Shown here piece by piece: positions 39,346 to 52,500 of a stretch of 64,000 nt of DNA; the first letter of the stretch is position 1, and every line of letters begins with the position of its first letter. The notes below the pieces were generated by a model. It saw nothing but the letters and a program-made list of their open reading frames with translations. It was not told where the DNA came from and searched no databases. The position numbers were made by a program, and so were the translations under genes. Source of the stretch: Raillietiella orientalis. Lineage: Eukaryota. The stretch is taken from positions 930,001 to 994,000 of the forward strand of contig JAYWIR010000014.1 in assembly GCA_036172245.1 (NCBI GenBank), given 5' to 3'.

Positions 39346-40935
39346 TTGCGAAATTGTTCAAAATATTTGTTCCAGGTTGTCGTAGTTTAAGGTTATTTGT
39401 CAAAGGATGTGTAACTTGAGTTTTTAATTCCTCCTACAAGTGTATTATATTGAACTTTGACGAGAAAGCTCAAACATGCACACTCCGATCATTTCACTCA
39501 GTTCATTTGGATAAGTGATGGAAATTTGCTAGAATGTAACCGGAGCAGATTTTAATGTAGCAGGAATAGATCCTAATCGAATTGCCCCAAAGATAAAATC
39601 CAGGTGTCATAGAAAAGGTTTCCGATATGAAAAGTAACATATGAAAACAAGGTTCAGGAAATATAGAAAATATCGGGAAAAGCAACTCAGACATTTGAAG
39701 TGAGCGTTTTTGTTTTTATCACGGGATTTTTTTTCTTTTTTTTTTAGATAAAATGCCAAATATCATGCTTAGCCGAAATATTTCTTTGTGAATCAAACCC
39801 TACTTGTCTGCATTCCACGCATTGTTCTTACTAATTGTGTTTTTTGAAGTATTTTAAAGAGCTGCTCAATCGTGTAGGACAAATGAATTGCGACCGTGTT
39901 GACTTGAACACTTAAAAGCAGTGGTAAGATGCGCAAGGAAGAGTAATTTGATTTCCAGAAGAGCAAGAAATGCACTAGAATCCCACAGTTAAAACTCAAA
40001 TAAAATGCCTGGCCCTACTGAAATGTACAACAACGTAGGTTGGTTACGTCAGAACCATCAAAGCTTACCCGGATTCCGTCTCAAGTTCTTTCTCCCCAAT
40101 GAAAATAATTTCCTAATGATTCTGCATCTCTTTCCCATGAATATCTTCAGTTACTAAAATCAATTTAGCTATCCGCTTAATACCTATAAGTGGACTTTAA
40201 TAACCATAAAGAAACAACCAACAATAAGTAAACCGCTGGACGATCTCCAAAACCAGATTTCATTGCTCAGGCAATTTTTTGTTCAAATCGTTGCCAGCTT
40301 CGTTCAGGCAACCCTGACACCTGCATTACAGAGTACCCCTGCGCTCCCGAACGTTGTAGCAGATGGGAAAATTTGCAGGGCGCGCGGCTTCCCTGTTGTT
40401 CCTGAGCGTGCACGCAGGGCTGGCAAGCTGGCGGCGGTTTCTCGCTGCCGTACCACCCCAGCGGTGCAGATTCGTGCAGCTGATGCTCCACGTCTCTAAT
40501 TTGCTAGATCCGTCGAATTAGCGCGGTTACCACAAGCTTTCTCCGCAGTAATCCTAACATACAAGCATACGTCCGTAAATTTTTGAAATTTCGAAGCAAA
40601 CGGCTCGCCGTTAATTTCTTTATTTTCTCGCTACTTCCTGGTGTTTTGTGATTTGCTGGTGCCTTTTTCAAGTACATTAATATTCGATACTTTTCTTTAA
40701 CTAAAATTTCTTTTAACAAATGTCTGTTAGCAATTTAATATTTGGTGCTGTAAAAACTTAGATTGTTTTCAAGTAACTTGAAATGTATTTGAAAGTGAAC
40801 TTAGCAGAAAACGTTTGAGTAGTGTGAATGTAAATGAATTCCTCTAAGTATTTGTTGAAACATAATACGTCGTGGATGAAACTTTATAAGGAGATCAAAT
40901 TTCCTCCTCGTTAATCAGGTGAGTTTTCTGTCTGA

Positions 40936-41066
<131 letters not shown>

Positions 41067-43494
41067 CACACGTTAGGATGTACATGTAAATTTCAGATGT
41101 GGCATCGCGATGACTCAGTAGTAAATTTGCCCGTTTTTAAAATTTATGGTGACTGCATATTTTAAAATCCTATGCTTATTAACGAATAAATATTAGTAAC
41201 GAGCTGAATATGATTGCAAGTATCCATTATCTTTCTTGGTGCCATGTAATTCCTCTAAATTCTAAAATATTGCAGAATGTTACTCAGTTTTCAGTTTATA
41301 GAAGTTGTGCTGCTTCAACATACTACCTTTAAGGCTATACTTTATTATGTATGCTGGTCTTGTTCGTAAAATGTCCGTCCACCAAACCAAGAATTCCTAA
41401 AGTTTTCTGGTTATATTGTAATGCATCGATGAATTCATTTCATACTGATGTGAGAATGAATGCCAATAATGTGATATTCTTACGGTTAAATTTTGTGCAA
41501 GTCGTCAGACGTGACAGACACGACACTGTTTTGAGATGAAGCTAGGGTGTAGATCGAGTTTTTATAAAGCAATTTTTCTCGCAATCGAAAGTAGTTTGGA
41601 ATCGTTTTCGCAGCGAAACATATATGACACAGTGGCAAATAAACCTCCAAATGTGGAGTATCCCTTTTTTTAAAAAACAGAAAAAGCAAATATGAAGCAT
41701 TTCTTTTCAGTTGTTTATACTCAAGTTTAATATCGAGATGATAAAACTCGAAAATGATGATAAAATATTTGAAAACAGTCACTGTGTTGCGATGATAGTA
41801 AATATTGTTAAAAGAGCCTGAAATTAAAGACTTGTAACCTAATTCCCATAATAAGCAAATGCTTTTCCACATATTCAAAGGAGTTTATAAAAAGTGACCA
41901 GGAAGGGTAGCTGCCACGTTACAAAGACTTCCTCTGTGGCCTTGCTCACAGGAGCTGCCACCCTTGTGTACATGTTCTTCAATATTTTTGACAAGGAATC
42001 AATAGCTTGATGGCCAACTCTTTGGAAACGATATTTAGTGCATGAAGAAGAAGGGGGAAAAAATGGGGTTGCAAGACTTACTATTTAAATAAAATTACAG
42101 ACTATATGCCTTTACAAACACCATTATGTTTTTTGTGCAATTCTGTTCTAAAGTAATGGAGATGGAATTGAATTCATTTTATTTCATAGCTTTCATTGCT
42201 AATTTAATTAATGATGCAGCTGAAATTCCTTTTCTCTTAATCGCATATTGACTGGATTTTCATGTCTACGTGCATATGCACATCATGCAACAAATGTTGC
42301 ACTAATTAAATAATTATGAACACCTGAACATTTGCACCAGTTCTGAATTAGAAAAAAAGAAAGAACACACGTGTATCAGGAAATGTACACCACGAGGACA
42401 GCAAGACAGAAAGTGTATCATTGCTTAGATACTTCAACTTCTCGCAGTGGCAGCACTGTTTGCAACCTTCAACCAGAAGTGCCTCGTGATGGAAAGGCAT
42501 CCAGCGGGAAATTCAGTGGCTGCGAGCAAGTCACTTAGTCGATCTCTATTAGTTATGGAAAAGGATGCGTTGGGAGGGTTTATGAGAAAACGCAGTACAG
42601 GGGTTAACTGATTGGCTTCGCTCATCTTCCGCTGCCAGTTCTAATGTTAAAAGGAACAGCTCCCCAGTTGGCTAACATCGGCCACATACTTTTGCACTGA
42701 TTCCCAAATATAGATGCATGCTGGGAAATTTCGATCAAGAAAACTCGAAATCACGGAACCGCATTTTTTTTTTTTTTTCCATTTGGTTTCTTGTTTTCAT
42801 TAACTTAAGGGTGATCCAGTGATGATTCATTCACTTGCTTCTAAGGAAGAACGCTGTGTGTGTGCTCTGCGAAAGTGGATTTGAGCAGAGTTGATGGCAT
42901 AAAGTTGTACCTTGAATTGTTTTGCTGATCCAGAGCTTACTGAAACATTTTCTTGAACGAAATGCCTTTTTATTCATGTATGGAAGAACCTTTTATTACA
43001 AAAATATATTTTTATAAACTAAACTAATACATGTCTAATGGAAAAATTTCGCTAGCATGATTCTAAAAAATGCACATTTACGGGGAATTAAGTAATAAGA
43101 AATAGCTGTTACAAATTTTCTGCCACAAAACATCACAATTCAAGTATGAATGTAAACTAGTTACTTGTATTTGCCGAGCAATGGCAAAAAAAAAAAAAAA
43201 AACACGATGATCACTTTATATAAGAATTGCAGTATTACAACAAATGAGATCGCAGTATGAAAGAGCATTTTACAATTAAAAATCAGTCACTTAAATATGT
43301 GAATGAGATCTTCGTCTCAAATTTCTTGCATTAAAAAATAGTAACTTACGTACGTAGATAAATAAAAAATTAGTTTGGTCTCAAGGATTTCTACAAAGTA
43401 AAACTGGAATGCTGAAAGTGCATGAGATGAACTGGTCACGATCACAATGAATATGGAAATTCAGGATAAAGCCATCAGAATCCGGGGATAATCA

Positions 43495-45166
43495 TCAAAT
43501 ACGTGGTTTGTATGTGGACACAGTGTGAAAGGTGCATGTGTCTTCCATTGTGCACTCTTGTTCAGTGATTTGGTGGGGCACAGGACATCCATGGTTTTTG
43601 TTATTTTCCTTATTTTTTTTACTAAAGACGTGATGTTCAACATTGTCCGAGTGGGAATGAGAATCCAGAGGCCACAAAAAGATATTTTCTTGACTGATAT
43701 TTTGCAGTGGAGTATCTCGGGGTTTGGGTGAAAGAAACCACTCAGAACGAGTACGCATCCGTGCTGCTTGGCGCTCATGAACCTAACCATTAGAGAATAT
43801 TCTAGTTCAGCAAAATTATCTACTTTACCTCAGGTAGGAAACTCAAGGATTTGGTGCTCTCAGCATGATGATTACTATTCTTCAGTTTCTCAAAATCCAA
43901 TAATGAATAAGACAACTTCTCTTGCTGCTCCAAGCTACTACTAAAATGTGATGAACACTGGGATTCTTGTGAGGAATGCTGCAGTCCCACAGGAGATTTG
44001 TTGCCATCAGAGTGATCTGGAACATACATTGATTCTTTTGAATGCAGCATCACGCATTTACTTTTAAGAGTGAATTCAAACCCCCAACGATTTGATTCAT
44101 ACTGCAACCACTTCTGCTGAGTAGCAAAAGTTGTTTGCCCTAGAATGAAAGGTATTTGTTAACAGAAAATTCATACTTACTTGAAAGGGTTCGGCCATTT
44201 GGATATTTGTATGTGAATATCCAGTCTTCCTCCACTTTTAGAATGCGTCCAGTAATGCGGGCATAATATTCATAATTATGCCGCCCAAACAAATTTGTCA
44301 CACCAAAATTGTCTATTAACATTTTTGTGACACGAGTGGCTACCTATCTCATATTTTCGACTATCCAAAATGCATTTCCTCAACATACTTTAAATCGCTG
44401 TACATCCTCCAAGCATACATGCTTACCATCGCTCACACATGTATGGAAAAAAGATGGTGCAACAGATACCCCCAAGGCCTCACTGGTCATATTGGAATAC
44501 CTATGCTGTGCCTGTACTGTCACCATACGAAATGTACCAAATAACAATACCAAAAGATGTTGAGCCGTGATGGACATGCTATTAAGCACTCTAAAGTTGC
44601 CTACAATAGCAGTTGTCAAGTTTATCAAAAATGCTCACTTGTACATTTCATCTCTTTGGTCCTCTATAGTTTCTAAGTCAATTATACTAAAAATTTTTTC
44701 CTCTCTCTCTGGTCCGAATATTCCCTGAGGAATTTTGCATAAAAACCGTTTAAGAACAGATGCTATGGTATGCACAGAAAACTGTTCAATGTTGACAAGA
44801 TAACCATTCTGCAGAAAATGAATGAGCTTTTTCATACTCCCTTGGTTGCCAGGAGCACGAAAAACATCTTTTTTAAATGGAGCTTCCTTATTTAATTTAA
44901 GAATAAGTATCTAGAGAAATAAACGATTTCAAGGGTACTTTTGAATTTTAAGTTTACCAAAAGAGGTGCTGGAATGTCATTTGGACATACTTGATCCAAA
45001 GGCATGCCGAATTTGACCCTAAAAACTCGAATGCATTAGGTTCCTCACAGAAATGATTTTACTTCTCCAAATGCCTTGGATAGGGCCCTGATGAATGTCC
45101 ACATGAAGTGACCATGGTGCTAAGTGTTGTAGCACGTTGGTGCATCCTCTCAGTCCATGTTGACAT
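43495..45166 (-). CDS. Rho GTPase-activating protein (RhoGAP domain), about 466 aa, 7 exons
   Basis: Exons 45063-45166, 44958-45018, 44639-44910, 44389-44590, 44181-44343, 43829-44139, 43495-43782; GT-AG introns of 41-48 nt, phases consistent. RhoGAP motifs: VKFGMPLDQVC, arginine finger KDVFRAPG, HTIASVLKRFLCKIP, NMTSEALGVSVAPSF. Further upstream exons cannot be excluded. Confidence 0.92.
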
Positions 45167-48100
45167 ATTTTAAACCAAGCTCCAGAGCTTTGTAAACAAA
45201 CATCACCTATGTATCAGCATAGAAGTTTTTGCTCTAAAAATGATGGGAAAGGAAATTTTGAAAAGTGAAAGTATGCATCCCTCATATTCATGTCATATTT
45301 CTAATTAGAAGATAGATTTGCATCAATGGAAAGCATCCTATGCAGATTCCATTCAGTCATAAATCATATTCTGCATATCATCAGAACCGACCACATTATT
45401 GTAAAAATAATGCATATTACTCAGTGCCTTTTCATTTATAATCTGGCTTCCAAATTATTGATATGGACTACAATAGTGGCATTCACTTACTCCTCCCTAA
45501 AGCACTCCCTGAATACTACCATTTATTTGTTATACATCATTCCTCATTTCTACTCTCAAATACGAACAATAGTAACACAAAGGTGGGTTCCAGCAATCAG
45601 CTACGATATTTTGGGGTATCCATAAAAATGGCATGAATGTTGTAATATTACGTTTGTGCTTTGCCTTTTTTTCACACATCTCCTCCGTACTACTACAATA
45701 AAATAATAAAATGATTGAATTCCTATCTGATACAGAATTCAGCTATAAGCTATTTCTTCAATTATTGGCCAATGATTCACATAATGTTTCATAAAAAACC
45801 TGCGTGTTTCTAAACCTGTGCAAAACAATAATTTCATGCCCCTCAGAACTGTTTCCGCATTTAGGATGAATTTTATAACACAGTATGTTGTCACTTCAGT
45901 TTCCTCATAATTAATGCGTCAAAATCATAAATATTTAGAGTTCATCTTGTTTTCTTCAATAATAATGCATCTTTTTACAGAGAATCATTAAAGTTTTGAG
46001 TAACAAATACATCTTTTACACTACTACATACAATATGATGTGAATGTAGTTTGAATCTACTAAATTTTGAATATATGATGAAAGAAATTAACAAATAACA
46101 AAAATATCGAAAAACTACTCAAATTTACAGTTGAAAACTGTTTCATCTGCATAAATAATAAAATAGATTAGGCATGTAATACTGTTGGTGTGAATTAAAC
46201 CTTCTAGGTGTCAAGATTCAAGTGATACATTTTACTTGCTGAGCTTTTGCTGCAAACATATACTTATTATCAAACAAACTGAATACCAAAAACCTTACAA
46301 TTCTGTAATTCGTCAATGCCAAAGAACTGTTTACTAAGAAGAGCTGATCAAGCCAGAAATAGTTACTTTAAACCGAATATGTCAAAGTTTCTCCCTATCT
46401 CCAAACTAATCCTTATTGACATGAAATCATTGTTTTTTCAAAGGTTTTGACCAATGCAGGTTAATTTAGGTTTCCATTCCAAAACAAAATTTTACCAAAG
46501 AGCAAAATGATAAACCACTGACCATTCAGGTGATCTTTACAATTCCAAGCATGATACAAAAATTCCGATGCATTTAGAAGAGGACCTTCAATAATGATTT
46601 CATTACTAAAATTCAAGTTACATAGTCAATAACCGATTTCATTATTGATGATTACTTTCATAAGGCAATCACTAATGCTTTTTTGGTTTCTGAAGCCAAA
46701 CAAAAAATTAATGCTTTCAGATTGTTTTAATCACGAGACTATTGCTACAATCTCCATTAAAGATATAATTGATAAATACAAGTTAGTTAAGTCATTAAAA
46801 CAGGGATGAACTATGGCGAATACAAGAATTCATTGAATTATTGTAATTATTCACCAAACAGGTGACACATGAAATTATATTTCATAAAGGCAGCAGAATA
46901 GTTCTTTTAAAAAATCTTGCATTTGAATCATAACATTCAAGGACAAATTTGAGTCAATCGATAACCTTAGAAGTCTTATTCATACTAAATGCTGTATAAA
47001 CTATCATTTGTATGTACATAAGAAGTGAATGAAGAATTATATATAATGCATGAGTGCACATGACGGGCTTCAGAATGAAATCACAGGCACACCAGTTTTA
47101 CAGAATGCATGAATTTTGGAAAAGACAAATTCAAGTTTCATCTTATTATCTTCTATAATGCCTCTTTCAACATTGGATACTGAACCACACACTACTGTAC
47201 AATAAACTAGACTGCTATTGTAATTAAAACAGTTAAACAATTCCTGATGCTCATACCTAAACAACAAAAGTTCGATCTTAAGATGTAAAAGATGACCCAA
47301 CGTATCATTTTCCGAGTTCATAAAAGGTGTAATAAATGATAAGCCCTTACTGGAGGGACATGAATGGATTCTCATTAACGACGTCTTTTGATTTCTTTTT
47401 AATTGCAATTTATAATCAATACAACGATTACAAAGTGAAACCAAAAACATACATGGAGAACATGCAACTTTCAAAAGATAGGGGGCAGATTTTCAAAATA
47501 AACGAAATATAATTTGGAATTTATGCTTTCACTGAGAAGGATCTCCGAATCAGCTCCCCAAAAACTCGGGGAAAAATACTTATATAAATTAAATATATGC
47601 TTATTTGATTCAAGATCTAAAGGCTAATACGAAAGCTTCTTAAACTCAAGAATATCTAATGAGCAGGAGAGATAAAAAGAAAACTATGCTAAATGCCAAA
47701 CGAGTGAAAGGCTTTCCGTTACTAATCATCACAGCATCGCTCGGTTTGAAAAAAGTAACATCGAAATGTTCCTTGTGATACTCACTTTATGCATACCATA
47801 GAATCTTTTTATTTTAGAATTTTTGTGACTCATACTCTAAGTAAACAATTATCAAGTAATAGAATAACGGTTACTTTGGAATGTTTTCGTCAAGCAACAT
47901 CCTTTTCAATGCAGTCTCAAAAGCACTCATACTTGCCAATTTTATTCAACTTAACATTAGTTTTTCACTTTGAAAAATACTCTTGAAATACTAGCTTAGT
48001 ATTGAAGTTTATTTACATGATATTCAATAATATTCAATATATGAAAGTAAGTTTATATTTATGTATAAATCACAATGTGAAAAACCCTAGATATTCATTT

Positions 48101-49539
48101 CTGCTGTTTATCTTAATGTCAGACAACATCTGTGAGTTTTATGTTTTGTAACCATTCCATCGAAATTTTTAACCATCATTTTAAATTTCAAGCGATGAAA
48201 TCTCCATGTGAAATATTACAAGCAGCATTCTAATAGTGGTTTACATAACGAAAATCCTTATTGCAGATATTTTGAATTACAATTTATTGCTTTATTCAAT
48301 ACACATGTTGAAATATTAAAGAATTAGTAAAAACATATTAAGCTTTTGCTTATTTTTTCGGGAACTACATAAACGTTTCCAGAAAGCTACCCTCCGCTCG
48401 CAAAGCAAAAACAATTGATTTCATTCCTCAAACTTTCTGTAGCATCCATTTAGAAAGATCTAACTTTCCAAGACATCATCAGAAGTCATAGCAAAAATTT
48501 CGGATTCCCATTATAATATCAACCTCTTGTTTAAGTTCAAAATTAGGCTGTAACAAAAAGTTATCAAGGAACTGTATGGATTCCAGAGCTTTTGCTCACA
48601 CAACGAATTAGTATTTAAATTTTTTATTTCGATTTCGAGCTTGACAAAAAAGCTTGTGGCATCTCGTTTAGGCAATGAGACAAGATAATATCAGAAAGAT
48701 GTCTCAATGAAAATTTTCTGAAAACAATCGCTTTCTGAAATTCAAAAACTGTTAAGCCCTTTTACATTTCCAATTTTCTGGAAATTGTCCTTATTAAATA
48801 GTTCTTTCTATGCTACTATTTCAGTACATCCATTTTCTACGTATTTTAGGGAATTCGTTATCTTTTAAAACTTCAAGAGACAAAGGAAAGAGTCTAGAAA
48901 TCATAAAGAAATTAGATGGGTCCTTATTATTTGTATTAAGATGTTTAATGGTTATGTAATCTCAATTAGGGAGTAGATCTTTTTTTAACTCGTAGAAAAC
49001 TACAAATTATGACAAGCTATGGAACAGACCTGGCTTTTGTCATAGCCTATTTTGAAATCGTGTCTCATCTCCTTGGCAAGATCTAATTGGATTTAACCCA
49101 ATCTTCAACTGATAAGTATGCATATGCTTCATATTTTTTTGAATACTTTCTTATCTTTTTTTGCACTGAAATTTTCACATCATGTTTATGTGACACATTG
49201 AGTTTCTATCCATGCATCAAATAAAGCATGTATGTGCGTGAATGTGTATGCATGTATATATCATAGTATACTATGTATATATAAGTTTAATATTAATATA
49301 TGTATATCTTCATGCTCCAGCCATTTTTAATGAATCTTAATTGATACATGCAAATGGATTAGCTATAATTATAACTAGCTACGCATTTCTCTCTACTCAT
49401 TTCATCTGTAAATTCTCCTTCATGTAAGTCGAAATAGTTATTAAAACAGTTCATTTTATAAAGGAATAATTGATAAGTAAAAGTTTTCGGATACACAATT
49501 CTTACATACTTTTTACATGAGAATCTGTTCATTTTTATC

Positions 49540-52500
49540 CATTAGTAATGAGATGAGATCCTGTCAATCTTTCCATCTTTTCGCTGCATCATTGTGAGCC
49601 ATTGAGAACAGGATTTGATGGATAGACCCCGTATCGTCAATGCTGTCTGCTCACTGGTTTCCCCAACAGGTGTGCCTCTAACGTACCAAGAAGCATCGGG
49701 TTGCTGAAGCACAAGCACACGTCTCACGAAGACCGCTAACTGCGATAGCGCAGGTTTTTTCTTTTCATCATAGTGTTACTCTTGGCAGGTTTGCTGGTAT
49801 CCATGATAAATGAATTGTGATGGGGGGCCGTTTTTCTGACTCTTGAAGAGCCCCAAGTCCTGACTGGAGTCCCAGAACCCATCTCAAGAGGGGAGCAAAT
49901 ATAAAAGAAATCTGAACTGTCAGCCAATTGCCTAATCGAAATGTCAAATTAGCCGAGATAGAGTGGATCGAGGTCTCTCGATAGGCACCATAGAATCTGT
50001 TATGGGAGAACTTTATCGGAAGAACGTGGGTTAGCTCAACTCCAACCCTCCACCTAGCACACCTTCCTTTCTGCCTTTCCCTCACTTTACCGAACGTTTG
50101 CAGCAGACGAGCAAAGGGTCGACACTTTTCCGCTGTTAATGGATCGCGTGGCACGAGCAGTGTAGACACCTGTGCGGCAATGACCCAGCTGCTTACTGTG
50201 GCGAATCACGGATGCAAGGATTTCGGTCTGAGTTCTCGATGCTGCACACGAGAAACTCAGGCGCAAGGGTAGAGACGACTGCACGGTGGCAGCGCACCCA
50301 GCAAAGGGTGGTTCTCCCAGGTTTTAGACCAGGGAGTTCCTGGAGTAGCAACAAGAGATGAGAGGGGAGACCTTCGAGACGGCCCTTTCGTTATTTCCAT
50401 GCGCTTTCATAAATCGATTTGGGACCACTCGGAGTTTTCTCGGAAAATTCACGATTCCTTTTCCAGGAGTGCCCTCTGGTGGGCTGTATTCCCTTTAGGA
50501 GGGCTATCGGTTTCCACCGAAAAATTAGTTCTCCGCTTCTCGAGTTCCATCCTCAAGAAGTCGTGGTCAGCCTCCAGGCCAGCAAGTGGTCCACCATCAT
50601 GGAAGCTATGCGGGTTGGTAGCTTAAGGGGCCTCCTGTTTCTCGGTAGTGTGGTCCGCACAAATGTGAACTGTTGAGGAGCAGGCCCACTTCTAAACGGC
50701 TTTTCCCTTGCCTACGTGGATTCACGCATCATGGTATCTTGTGTTGGGTTCGAAAAACGAAAGAATTGCAGTCTGTACTGCAATCTCCGTGTCCTAGAAA
50801 TCACCAGTCAAACCTCGTTCCGAAGGCTGCGAAAGGCAACTGAATGGTGGGGGAAGGGCCGAAACGTTTCCTGCTCTGCGAGTCGGCAGCAGGGAAGTTG
50901 TTGAGGCTGCTGTGCTCGCCTTCTGAGAACATTTCCCTCTTTCCTTTGTTGTGCGCGGCCACTGACTTGAAACTTGCCTTTTGCATTTGCCAACTTGCCA
51001 ATCGATTTCCAGCGGGAACGGGTGGAGAGCTAGCATCCGGACGTTGGTAGGGAGCGCGTGCTTTTCCTTCTGTCGCATCGGCCAGCTCGAAACAGACGCA
51101 GCGTGCCGGCATTCCCAGCAAGGGGCGCGCAACACGTGTCAACGGTCCAAAGGTCTCGCTGCATCGAAGCGCTTCCATGGAGGGTAGCTGTTTATAAATA
51201 GCCTGTTTATAAATAGCGAGCGCTCGTTGATAGGCCCCGCAACAATCGGGACCCGTCAGAGCGCGATGGCGGAGCGAGCCGTAATCGATTCGCAGTGATT
51301 GCTTGGCGACGGTTCCCAAGGGAACATTCGCGTAGCCATCATGTGAAACGACGAGACGATCAATTCCTTCATGCTGGGACGGAAGATCAAGCAAAGATCG
51401 TGCAAATAACGCAGCATATGAATCCGCAAGCAATGCTTCATATCGTCTTCTGTGGCAGACGCACGCAAATTACTGGCGCATAAACCGGAAAAATCTGGAG
51501 ACGCAGGCCGAGTCAAAAATGGGTAAAATTAAGTGATTCCGGCAGAGGAACGTCGTGCAGATCTTCTAAAATAAACCCCAGAGTGTATTCGCTGCGCAAT
51601 TCACCGCGATCGCTCGGCGAATCAGTGCAGATTGCACTCTCGCACAGTCGCGGTCACGTCACTGGCTTTTAGGAAGGAACGTCTCCGATTTCCCGATCCC
51701 AGTCACGTGATACTGTCTCCGCGGCGGTGTAACGGACAGCAACAGCAAAGGGAAGAGATCGTTTCCCTTTCGATAAAAGAGCAATGCAATTTTCAAACAT
51801 ACCGAACTCCATCGGGTCCAGGAACACATTGAGCACACTGGATGAAGAGTTTCGAGAACTTTCAGTTCTGCATAAGAAAGGGTCCCGCTGCACCGACTTA
51901 GATGAAGGGTTGATGTTCGAACGATGTCCTAACTAGATCCCATCAATGCTTTTTTCTCAGGAGAATCCATAGCGCGTCACCGATGAGCTCTGGATGATGA
52001 CCATGGAGATGCTTCAGCTAATCTTTCAGTCAGACTCTGCACTGCTCAGGAACGGAACTTCCGCTTGCAGCATGGCAAAACTACCACTTGAGGGAGGAGG
52101 AGGTTTCTGAAGTGGACACGTTTTGACTTCGTGCTCGATTCTGGACGAGGAAATCTGCCTTCCGAGTATCTTTTGCAAGGAAGCGTTCGCCTTAAATAAC
52201 AGGAAGGAGCATGAAAGCACCTTCCGCACCAGGATGAGCTCCTCTGGTTTCTCATCCTGCATCAGGTCTTCTCAACAGGCAAGGCGCCCACAACTTAACA
52301 CCAACAGGGTCGACCTTGAACCGTGACGTCGTTTTGGCTGCAGTAGCTGCACTGACTGCTTCAGACGACGCCTTTCCCGGAAGCTTCCCGTCAAGGGGGT
52401 GAAACGATTCGAGGAACGCTCGTCGCCCTCGTCTCGTCTCTTGGACCGGCTAACGGATGCGCACTGCGCGGAGCAAACCGCCTGGGGCGAAGTTTCCACC

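Noticed and set aside
40260..40500. Small GC-rich patch as a gag zinc-knuckle relic (PICYNV) or an exon
   Set aside because: The CCHC pattern is incomplete and I found no consistent splice partners.
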